A DNA stretch of 63,850 nucleotides, filler included, from Conidiobolus incongruus B7586 (lineage: Eukaryota), in NCBI GenBank assembly GCA_000697335.1. It is 7 parts of 7 records of this genome, joined end to end, with 100 filler letters (N's around TTAATTAATTAA, not from the genome) between each part and the next. Parts side by side here need not be neighbours in the genome. Positions count along the whole stretch, not along the records: positions 45,655 to 56,863 come from JNEM01006253.1; positions 56,964 to 62,523 come from JNEM01006254.1; positions 62,624 to 63,850 come from JNEM01006291.1; 4 more parts are not named here. The stretch is one strand, 5' to 3'. This document shows, piece after piece, positions 53,037-63,850 of this stretch (positions are counted from its first letter, which is position 1; every line of letters begins with the position of its first letter). The translations under genes and the position numbers were made by a program. The notes below the pieces were generated by a model, which saw only the letters and a list, made by a program, of their open reading frames with translations, ran no database searches and was not told the origin of the DNA.

Positions 53037-53041
53037 CTTAA

Positions 53042-53540
53042 TTCAAAATTATATTTATAAATTTGGTGAAAATAGAAATTTTCTTAATTAATTATATTTT
53101 TAATTAATGAAATTAACATTCAATTATTATAAATAAAATGCAATTAAATTATATTTAGTTTTACATAATAAAAGTTATGTGAAACAACTAGTTATCAGAA
53201 CTTTGCTTATTACAAAGAACTAATCATTATTACCCGATCCACAATACTCACCAGATATAAATCCCTATGATTACTTTTGTTTTGGTTAAATAAATTTGAT
53301 TGGGAAAAAAATTAATAAAATTTCAAAATTGAATTTTGAAAATAATGATGTAATCTTAGAGATGAAAAGTAAAAAACTATATAAAAGAGATAAGTGATTA
53401 ATAGTACAATGAAATAATATATATCAAAAAAGAAAATATTAATCATTCAACTGATAATAATATTACCTATGATTGATTTTGGAATTTAAATTTAAATTTA
53501 ATACCATTGAAATTCTTTTTTTAACATTTTACACCTAGTA
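53042..53540 (+). mobile_element. Mariner relic of a second subfamily; may extend upstream of the solo LTR to ~52500
   Basis: LPDPQYSPDINPYDYFCFG at 53230-53286 (YSPDxxPxD motif), preceded by VLHN (ex-LHDN). Confidence 0.7.
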
Positions 53541-53749
53541 ATTTAAAATTTTTTGATCGAAAATATTATCATCAAAGGACCTAATTAATATAAATTTATT
53601 CTGTTTTTATCATTTGATCTATCAATTAATTAATTATAATACTATTTTCAACTGTTGAAAATATTAACTTAACAGAAATTGATATTATAAATATGCATTT
53701 TATTTAATCAATCAAAATATTCATTTAATATTAAAATTTTTATTTACTA

Positions 53750-55690
53750 TAGCAGGTGTTCTGAAATGTAGCCTTTAATAAAGATCATGTAAATAAGATA
53801 AAACGGGCCAAGGATGGCCAATGAAAAAATTTAGTGGGTTTTACTAAAATATCAAGATATAAGACTTGACCCTGATCGAGGTGATCCCCCGAGCAAATGT
53901 GTGTTCAGTGGAGATTTTATAGTGATATCAGTTCTTGGCCAAAGTGTTGAAACATCGCTTGTGTCTGTTAACTGGAATTTTGCATTGTATAAGGATTGTG
54001 TAACGTAATTGTTTGTAGATTACATTAGCAATAAAGACGAATGACCAAGGTTGAATGGCGAGCGGACCTCCCGACCCGCGTCAATAATTTCGGAATTTCC
54101 AAATCTAGGCATTTATTTAGAACTAGATTAGTATAATAAACTATCAAAGGTTGGGCTGTAGCTTGATTGATATTACATTATAAACATTTACAGTAATGAT
54201 GAAATTGAAGATGTAAAGAACTCGAGTAATTATAGCACTAATTAGTATATAGATTTATTTCATTTGATTAAATTTTATGTTTTTAATCAAATTCTATTCG
54301 GTGATTATTACATCCGAATCAATAATCATATCTTATTCCCTCCTCCAATTGGTCAAAATCAGTAAACGAATATAATAATCGGATATAATAAGGATACATT
54401 TTTTGACCATTTTGCATTTCATCAAATAAACGAGAAGTCAGCATCCAAGAAGTATCCAAGGATTGGTACGACCATGTTGGTAGTTAATTTGTCCAAGGTA
54501 TCGTGTAGTAGGGTACGTTCTCCAGGATTAATAGGTTGCATACCAATATTAAATTTTAATCAACCGAGCATACTGGCTACTGTAGGAGTATGCTCAACCA
54601 TGCCTTTCAAATACTTTTCTATAAGTGATACGAATAATTTTCTACTATTAAATTTCATTCGAAATTAACCAAGCTGGTGAGCATATTTTTGATGCTTCAA
54701 AATGTTCAAAATTACAATTAAGGCAATTTGACTGAGGCCCGAAGGATGCTGAATAGACATGTCGTTATGGTATTCCATTTTGGATACAAACCATTAGGAT
54801 TCCGTGATTCATGAAGTACGAAGTTCAGATTCTATGAGTTTAGTGAGTGAACCCATTCCTATTAAGCGATCGTTGTTATTTAAGTTCAATAAAGGTAGTA
54901 ATATATTTACTGAAAATTCATTTTCGCTATATTCACCATTAGGTTAATATGGAGTGAGCTGAAGGAAATAGTAGAGATTGACTTTAAGACTCATGAAGTC
55001 GAGAGATTGGCATACCTTGTAAAATTTTTTATTCTTTCAAGTCTGGTAATAGCACCTGGAGGATTTTGATCAGTTAGCAATGTAAATAATAACCTAAATT
55101 TGGGACTATTAGGATACTCCCTATATTATTCATTAACAGTATGGTCAATAGAACTTGAGATCAGTCTCTTTTCGTCAATATCTGCTACAAAAAATGATAC
55201 ATCTTTACTCTTATTAGTTTCTAAAGCAACAAGATATTCTCATTTAGCTATGACTATCGGATCACCCCAATTGTCCAAAAAATGGCTGACTAACAAAGTG
55301 CATTGGTTTTGCCAATTGTCTTCACTATATATTGAGTGATATACTGCTCTTCTTGTATCAGCTCATTGTACCCTAGCAAATTGAGTCAAATTTCACGATC
55401 CCTTACCAGTGGCATACTTCATTTCCCTATCCAACTTCAACACTACCTGACCATTTGGCACTTTATCAACCGTGGTATTCGTATTCTTTTCACATTTGAA
55501 CATTTGCACTTAATTGACACTTGATTAATTGTAACGATTCAGGAAATGGAAGTCTGTGATCTAATAGAAAATGCTGGTCAGGATAATATTGAAAGATTTG
55601 TTACACTAATTATAATCTTTTAAGTTGCCTTAATTGCTGAAATTGTTAACAGAGGTCTTTTGAGATAGGTATTTCAAATGATACAATCAT
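53750..55690 (-). pseudogene. ~1.9 kb decayed protein-coding region of unknown family
   Basis: GC-richer island with long minus-strand frames broken by sparse TGA/TAA and a few frameshifts. ATG at 55690. Plus-strand ORFs here look like antisense shadows. Confidence 0.6.
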
Positions 55691-55743
55691 TATTATTAAT
55701 TTTTTACTCTATTAATTTTTTTAATTTATTATTGGTTATTTTT

Positions 55744-57150
55744 TATTAGTACAGAAACATCATGACACAATTTTAAATTAAAATTAAATAAAAATATTAA
55801 TATATAATTTATAAAATTTAATACACAATATAAAATTAAAACTTTCTTTTATTATGAATAATATCTGTCCTTATTTTTGGCAAGCTTCTAATGCCTAAAA
55901 AACAGTTCTTGTTATTATTGACTCAAATTTGATATTTCAAAATCATTTAATTTCTTTGCAAGGTTATTTTTCTTTAAGTATTTTTTTAATTGCTTAACAT
56001 AAATATAATTATATAAGTTGTCATCAAGAAAATATATTCGATATTATAGTTTTTATAGATATTTTTAAATAAAAAATCTTTAATAATTATTTTTGATATA
56101 ATTTTTAATTATAATATAAAATAATAGATATTTTGAATATATAATTAAATTATCAATTAAAAATTATTTTATCTAAAATACTTATATAATATTTATTTTT
56201 TAATTGATTTGATTTTAAAAATTATGAAAATAAACCATATATTATAAAAATTTATTATAATAATTAATATTTACTTATCAATAAGGTATTTGTTTAATTG
56301 GAATTTATATAAAGGATAATGTTAATTTAAACTAATTCTTTGTATTATTTTTTAGTAAAAATAATATTAAAAAATTTAAGATTTAATAATTATAATAATT
56401 TACTAGAGAACATTTTATTTTTGATTATAATTTATTAAATTTTATATAATTATAACTATAATAGTTTTTTTCAACATATGTTAAATTATATGTTAATTAT
56501 TTTATGATATTATTAATTTATCATAATATAAATTTTGATATATAAAATATATTTATATTTTTAATATTAAATTTCCTAGATAATTTTCTAATTAATATAA
56601 AAGTTTTTTAATATAGATTTTTAATTTAATGATTAAAAATTAATAATAATATAAATTAATCTTTTAATATTTAAATAGAATTGGAGTAATATTTTTTTAG
56701 CTTAAAAATGATAAATTTAAAAATTAATAACAAATTTAGATAAAATAATTTTTATATAAATTGTTAGTAATTTTTAAGTTTTCTAAAATATTTATAATTA
56801 AGTTTTTTATAATATCAAAATAAAAGGCTTTTGATAATCTTTAATTAATTAAATATAAATTTANNNNNNNNNNNNNNNNNNNNNNNNNNNNNNNNNNNNN
56901 NNNNNNNTTAATTAATTAANNNNNNNNNNNNNNNNNNNNNNNNNNNNNNNNNNNNNNNNNNNNTAATTAAATTAAACAACCAATTTTAAAAAATTAATTT
57001 TTTAATCAAAAAAATTATTATATATATATATATAATTTAAAACTATTTATTTTCTTATTTGCTTTGTATATATTTTTTTATTTGAAACTAATAATATGTT
57101 TGAAAAATCAGAAATTAAAAAATTTCCTATTTCTTCAATTCTATAGTATT
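55744..57150 (-). mobile_element. Mariner relic, apparently full length (~1.4 kb) across a gap
   Basis: Right TIR tattagtacagaaacatcatgacacaatttt at 55744, body collinear with the other copies, left end with (TA)n and aatttcctatttcttcaattctatagta at ~57120-57150. The two sides of the gap could belong to different copies. Confidence 0.85.
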
Positions 57151-57379
57151 AATATTTATTACATTTATTTTAAAATTTAATTTTATTTGAATCTATTTCA
57201 CAATCAAAACTTAAAATATTATGAAGTAGATATAACCAAAAACTAATTTATTTTTCATATATTATCTTTATACTAAACCATATTAATTATTAAAATTAAT
57301 ACAAAATAATACTTCATAAGTGAATGGATTGTAAATTAAAAAGTTTTAATAATGATTAAAATCAATTATATTTTGAAAA

Positions 57380-60300
57380 TTAAATCACTCTCAAGCCAGT
57401 GCCGTTAGAGCCAATCTGACTAAGTTGACAGATAGTACAGAGTTGATCCTGGAATTCGGGTAGGTAAGATGCTTTGCAATAGCCACACTGGACAGAAGGA
57501 GATCCCTGGTAGATGGGGACCAAAGATTTGGCACACACCACGAAGGGGTTGTATTGATCGTAGTTGATTGCCACCTCGTCTCTGGGAGTGCGTTCCGACA
57601 CCTGTTGAATTTGCTTGGCTTGCGTCGAAAGCTTGGGATTGGGTCCCAATTCGAGTAGTCGGCGGGAGAACAGGGAGGCTGTGACGAAATTCTTATTCTT
57701 GAAGTTAAGAGTCATGGCTAAGTTGATTGTGATAATGGAGTGTTTAGGGTCGAGTTGGCAATGGGTGAAGTAAGCCGCAAGCTCGAGAGCACGCTTGAGT
57801 CCTTCGGGGTCGGAGGTGGGTGTTTCACGACGGGCTCTGTCAATGGTCAAACCAAGGATATATTCTCTACAGATTTCAATCATTTGTTGGACTTCCTCGG
57901 CATCGGAACTATTTTCAGCTACCAAGAGAGGAATGGAATGAAGTAGATTTAAGAAAGTTTCAGTGGCTTCAACGGGTTTGTTAGCGTTAAAGAGACGATA
58001 TCCTTCTTTGAGTTTAGCTAGAAGGGCTTGGAAGTTATTGACATTGATGGGACGCATTTGTGATCTGTTAGTTTCTTCAGGATTGCGACGAAGTGGGAAA
58101 GTTTGAGATGGAAGAGATGAGTTAGATATTAAGTAGGATTGAGAGGCTTGGTATAAGCTTAAGAACAGAGGTTTCAAAGGAGCAAAGTTAACAACACCAA
58201 TTTGACGATTCAAAAGCTGCATAGCAGTTTCGAAAGAGCCAGCGGTAACATGATCAGCGGGGAGAGGAGAGTTACGAACCCAAATTTCGAGAGGATTGGC
58301 TTCACTGCTAGGCATTGTGAATCCGGTGCTTTGGAGACCACTGACAAGTTCACGATCGATATCTTCATCAATTTGAAGCTCGGGATCCATACCCCAACCT
58401 CCAGCATCTTCTTCATCCTCTTCATCACCATAAAGGTTATCTTCGGCATCAAATGTACCAGATCCAATATTGGCATCATTAAGAGCATCATCACCATCAC
58501 CCCAAGCACCAGTGGCATCTTCGCCGTCTTCATCATCATCAAATTGAGTATGCTTAGCGTTATTGGCTTCGTAAGAGGCAAAGAATCTATCAAAGACACT
58601 CTTGGATACGTTAAGTAAGGGCCAATTACCGTGAGGTTCGCTTGAAATAGGAGCAAGGGGCTTCAAGGGACCTGAAGTAGTAGGAAGTTTGGCCAAAACT
58701 TCGGGAGAGATTTCACAAGCTTCAGCAATAGCTTGAGCTTCGTCATCTAAGCCATGGTTTTTGGCAGTTAAATAAGCCAAAACATCTAAATAAATGAATT
58801 AACATACAAAAATAGCAAGTTAAACTATAATGAGTATTACATTTGCCAGAAGCCTTCAAAACTTTGATCTGTTCGGTAGCATCATCGATCAAAAGAGAGG
58901 TTTGGTAAAGGGAGGCATAGTCACCGCGTAAATCAGCAATTTTTTGCATTTTCTTAACCTTTTCTAGATCACCAGTAATGAAGTATAAGAAAGTTAATTT
59001 ATCCAAATTCTTAACACGTTGGTGGCACACTTCAACAACCTATATAAAAATAGTGTTATATAATTGATATTAGAGGAGAAAATATTAATAATTACCTGGA
59101 CATTACCATGGTCAAGAGCGTGAGCAGCTAACTTAATCCAACATCCATCATCGTTCAATTCTTTAGCTGAGCTCAAAGCAGCTTCAATATTACCGCATTC
59201 TAAAGCCAATTCAAAGCGGGTACGTTCATCCTTAATGAAATGGAGAGCAATTTCAGAGTATCCCTTTTTGCGCAAATAAGCAATGATAGATTGTCCAACC
59301 AAGTTGGAGTGCTTGATGGCGTGAAGAACTTTATCATATTCGTGATTGATGAGAGCAAGTTTGAACTTATATTCAGCAGGATCGATAGGTAAAATCTGGG
59401 GCTGGGCTTCACGATCAAGATAGTGAACTTTGGTGCCTTGAACTCTAGTAAGGTAGATGGGTTGATCCAAAGTACAGATAATGCCGGAATCGCCTTGAGG
59501 TAAAACGTATTTAAGGTGATTCAAAGTAGTGAATAAAAATACACCTACAGGGTCCCAAGCACCTCCCTTGACACGAATGGTTTCATGTATTTGGCATAAC
59601 TGAGTTAGATTCTTAGTGGCCAAAGTAACCAAGTGCTTACTTAATAAAGCGACATTGTTGCCATCAGGTGACCAAACAGCATATTTGACATTGGAAACAT
59701 TAATGGTAGCAACATCTTTACGTTGTTGGACATCAAATAAAGTGACTTGAGTGGGAGATACGAGAAGCAAATTACCACCAGGAGCCGACAAGATATCTGT
59801 GACAGGATTAGGAAGCTTAATTTGTTTAATAGGTTTTGAGTCTAAGTCTCTAATTTCTAATTGTTGAGATTCAACATCCAAAACAGCAAATCTATTTCTA
59901 CCGGTGAAAAGAGCAGCATTTCCTGAGCCCTTGATAGCTGTTCCAGGTTCATCAGAGCGGTTGGAATTGCGATAAAGTTCAAAAGTACCACCTGAATCAG
60001 ATTGGAAAGTCAGTAAAGTGGTATTGTCAACAGGGTTGAAAGATAGAGTTCTAGGAAGTTGAGAATAAGCGCCGCCTTGACGACGAATAGTGATGAGGGG
60101 ATTATCACTCTTAGCACCAAAATCTTGAATTCTAACATGGTTTTGACGGACATATAAGAGAACATTTTGAGAAGGACTGAGGGCCATAGCTGGTCTTTCT
60201 CTATCCAATTTGAAGATAACTAAACCAGAATCATGACCAGCTGCAAACAGATTGAGTTCAGGATGAGCAGCAAGTACCCAAAATCGATCGCTTTCCCTAC

Positions 60301-61328
60301 GGAAGGTTTGGATCAAGGTACGCTTGGACATATCCCAAACGCGAATAGTTTTATCTTCACTGTTTGATAACATTAATTCATGTCTAGGATGGAATAAAAC
60401 ACATGAAACATTGTTGTAATGCCCACGGCAGGTATCGACTTCCCAAGCCTTGTTGTCATTCATTCTCCAAACCTTAACTTGACGATCATCACCACCAGAT
60501 ATGAGGAGAGGTAAAGTAGGATGGAAATCAACCCAATTGATACCCTTAGTGTGACCTTCTAATACAAATTTCACAGAAACATCAGTGTTACCGAATACAT
60601 CAGCGGAAGGAGCAAGAGATCTGAGCGCCTCTTCCTCGGTGTTTCTAGGAGTATAAGAATAATTCTTTTTTCTGAGTTCAGAAATATCCCAAACACGAAT
60701 AGTAAGATCTAAACAAGCTGAAGCGATTAAATCTTCAGTGGGATGGAATCTAGCGCACATAACATAGTGGTTATGACCGGTTAATACTGAGATACAGTTA
60801 CGAGATTGCCAATTCCAAATTCTGATTGTTTGATCGTCAGAAGCACTCATAATCCAGGGATATTCGTGATGAAATACCACAGTACGAATATAATCAACGT
60901 GACCTGTAAGTGTGAATAAGCAGCGACGAGTTTTGATGTTCCAAACTTTAATTTTTCTATCATCACCTCCGGATACAAAAATATCTTGAGTAGGATGGAA
61001 AGCAATACCACGAACAGGACCTGATTAAATAAATAATGTTAAATATAATTCTGAAGTAAAATATTAAATACATCATCTACCTTCATGCTCATCAAAACGC
61101 TCTAAAAGGGTACCCATTCTATAATCCCAAAGTTGGATAGAACCATTATGAAGGGATGAAAGTACCCAAGGTCTTTTAGGATGGAAAGCAATACCCTTGA
61201 CACGATTGCTTTTCGATTCAAACTAGTAAAAAATAACGAGTTAATGTCAGTTCAAAAATAAGGGATATAAAAGCAATATATAAATAAATAGATATTGATT
61301 GAATACTAACCTTCGTTAACATCTTCAT
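57380..61328 (-). CDS. COP1: Coatomer subunit alpha (alpha-COP)
   Basis: [27 protein letters not shown]40 repeats, [42 protein letters not shown]. About 5 exons. Confidence 0.97.
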
Positions 61329-61790
61329 CTTGAATAATTAAAATGAATAGGATAATTGAAATGTAGAATCTGTTGGAGAAATTGATAAAGTATTATTTAT
61401 TAATTGATTATAAAAATAAAACACTATTAATAATTGAATCCAATACTAATATATATTTTAAATTTTATAGGTTGATAGTTGATTAATCTTTTGAATATTT
61501 AAAGAAACATTCAATGAAATAATTAAGTTAAAAGGTGTTAATGTGATGGATGGTAAATTATAACTTGTGAATTAGACTATGGCAATGATTTTGTGATGTC
61601 AATGGATGATTCTGATTTGGTAATTAGATTCATTTAGCAAATGATTATTAACTTCGTGGTCATTGAATAAATTGAATATAGATGACAAAGTCCAAATTAT
61701 CTATTTAATCCCATAAAACTGACTGCTCTTTTCAAATTAAAGCACGAATTATAATATAAAAATTGATTATAAAATTAAAATCATCACAAA

Positions 61791-62523
61791 ATGAACAATC
61801 AAGGTTATCCACCTCCAAGCTCTGGTTATCAACAAGGTCATCCTCCTCCACCAAACTCTGGATACCAACAAGGCTATCAACAGGGATATCAACAAGGATA
61901 TAACCAACCTCCCCCTCAATCCCCAAGCCAGGCCAATCCATATCAAAGTAACCCTACTTCTAGTAGCAATGGTAAAGCTATTAATATTAAATATTCAACC
62001 TTTAAATAACTTTTTTATTTGCAGATATGCAACTTATGTCCTTTTTCAGAATGGTTGACACGTAATTATAATACTTTATTTCAATAATATTCAGTAAACT
62101 TATTAAATAATATAGAGACGGAAGTGGTCAAATTTCCGCCATCGAATTACAACGCGCTTTAATTAATGGGGATTGGACCCCATTCAGTATTGAAACTGTA
62201 TGTCTTCTAATAGATCTCTTCGACCGCGATTTCTCAGGTACACTGGATTTCAACGAATTTCGCGGAGTCTGGGGTTATTTGGAGCAATGGCGTCAACTAT
62301 TCTTCCAGTTTGATAGGGATAGATCTGGATTTTTGGATCAGCAGGAACTTGGTCAAGCTTTGAGAGCTTTTGGTTTCCCTGTCAAGGACCAGTTTATCAG
62401 TAATTTGGTTAGAAAATTCAACAAACATGGTATGTTTTTTTTGGATTATGAATATTTATAAGTTAATTTAACTTTTATTGTAGCAAGTCGCATTACCGGT
62501 CGTCCCATTACTCAACATATCAA
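61791..62523 (+). CDS. PEF1: Penta-EF-hand Ca2+-binding protein (peflin/ALG-2/Pef1), 3' end lost in gap
   Basis: Pro/Gly/Gln/Tyr-rich N-terminus with GYQQ repeats. FRMVDTDGSGQISAIELQRALINGDWTPFSIET, FDRDFSGTLDFNEF, FDRDRSGFLDQQEL. Confidence 0.9.
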
Positions 62524-62679
62524 NNNNNNNNNNNNNNNNNNNNNNNNNNNNNNNNNNNNNNNNNNNNTTAATTAATTAANNNNNNNNNNNNNNNNNNNNN
62601 NNNNNNNNNNNNNNNNNNNNNNNAATAATATATATTATTATATAATAATATTTAGTTATTAATTGGTTAAAATATAAAC

Positions 62680-63850
62680 ACTTAAATTTTACCTAAGGTA
62701 AGTTATAAATTTATAGGTTTTTAATGATAAAAAAAATTAAAACTTAGTGTATCTACCTTTAACTTTTCTAACTTCTTTAAGTTTATAGGGTATAGAATCA
62801 ACTAACTTCTTATAATAAAAAGGGTTAATCTTGTTCTATACTTCTTAAATATATTTTTAAAGTTGATTTAAATTTTTATTAAAGGGAAAGCTTTAATAGC
62901 TTTTTTTAACTAATCCTAAAGGTATTTAATTAAGTTAAAGTTAAAAAATTAAAAGCTACTTTATAACTATTATTTTATTATTTTTAAGCTATTTAGTAGT
63001 AAAAGTTATAATATAACAAAAGGTATTATCTTATTAGAAAATAATATTAGATTTATTTAACCTATATTATTCAATAGTTTTTTATTAATTTATTATTTAG
63101 AATACTTTAGTATATTTTAGTATTAATTCTTTTATTAACTTTATAAAGATATTTTATACCTAAAAATAATATATATCCCTAAATAATAATTAACCTATTA
63201 TTATACTTTTGGGTAAAATTAACATAATAGTTATAAAGTAGTTTTGTATCTTTTTTAAAACATCTAACTTTTTTATTAGATTTGCTAAAGTATATTTTTG
63301 TTTCATTAAATTAAATAACTTTACTCTAATTAGTTTTAGTTTAATATTAATAGCAACATTTAAACTCCCACCTAACTTTATAATAAGATTTTTTTAATTA
63401 AAAGTGTTTTTTCTTAAAGTGTAAATGGTATCTATGTTAATATAAAATATATATAATAGTATTAGTGCTAACTAATATTTCTATATAATTTTATAGTTCT
63501 TGTTATATTTTTATAATAATATTATATTTGTTTGTATTAACTAACCTATAGATATACTTCTTATTATATTTATCTATAATTTTAATATATTTAAGTTTAA
63601 ATGTGTTTTTATTGTTATTCTTAACAATTTTAACTATAATAGACTAGTTAACACTAGTAATTCTAGCAATATCAAAAGTTAATTTACTTTTTTTATAAAG
63701 TTGATTAATACACAAGTAAAATTTTTTAAAGAGGGATTTAAATATAATAATATTAATAAAAAAATTTAGTATATCTGTAAAATATTATATAAAATAATAA
63801 CAAAGAGAGAAAAAAGATATAGTTATATATTGTTAAATATATCCCCTTAT
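62680..63850 (-). mobile_element. Tc1-family (DD34E) relic, second copy of 45655-46450
   Basis: Reverse complement of 62700-63480 aligns with 45655-46400. C-terminus KLVDSIPYKLKEVRKVKGRYTKF* matches the Tc1 pattern LVxSMPxRLxAVIxAKGGxTKY. Confidence 0.9.

Noticed and set aside
54420..54600. LINE reverse transcriptase motif (ILGYFLD resembling YLGxxLD) or mitovirus RdRp
   Set aside because: No YADD/FADD, QG, GQPMG or GDD motif found in the frames I translated
57740..58656. Overlapping ORFs within COP1 (likewise within CDC5, GH16 and the tyrosinases)
   Set aside because: Antisense or alternate-frame shadows of well-supported genes
1..63850. CRISPR arrays, tRNA or rRNA genes
   Set aside because: No regularly spaced repeats, cloverleaf/B-box or rRNA-like segments seen by eye; a tRNAscan/Infernal run would be needed to exclude them fully

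Overview
Very AT-rich eukaryotic (fungal) genomic scaffold with short (~45-90 nt) GT-AG introns. Composition and gene set suggest an early-diverging fungus such as Conidiobolus/Entomophthoromycotina (inference only). Six 100-nt artificial gaps (N44-TTAATTAATTAA-N44) interrupt it. Intron-containing housekeeping genes: p24/emp24, GRAM+VASt sterol transporter, GNA1, EIF1AD-like, polo kinase, formin (cut by a gap), alpha-COP, penta-EF-hand protein (cut by a gap). Intronless accessory genes: two paralogous secreted, probably GPI-anchored, six-Cys proteins of unknown family, an NmrA-like protein, two inverted tyrosinases and a GH16 glucanase. The intergenic space holds about 10 mariner (DD34D) relics and 2 Tc1 (DD34E) relics. 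Their reading frames are often intact but have been rewritten almost entirely by C>T/G>A transitions, a RIP-like genome-defence signature and the most striking system in the window. A 201-bp solo LTR and a 405-nt near-identical tyrosinase repeat have escaped this. Also present: a thioredoxin pseudogene, an unidentified ~1.9 kb decayed ORF with a partial paralog, and two candidate structured RNAs. Exon and relic boundaries were read by eye and are approximate.
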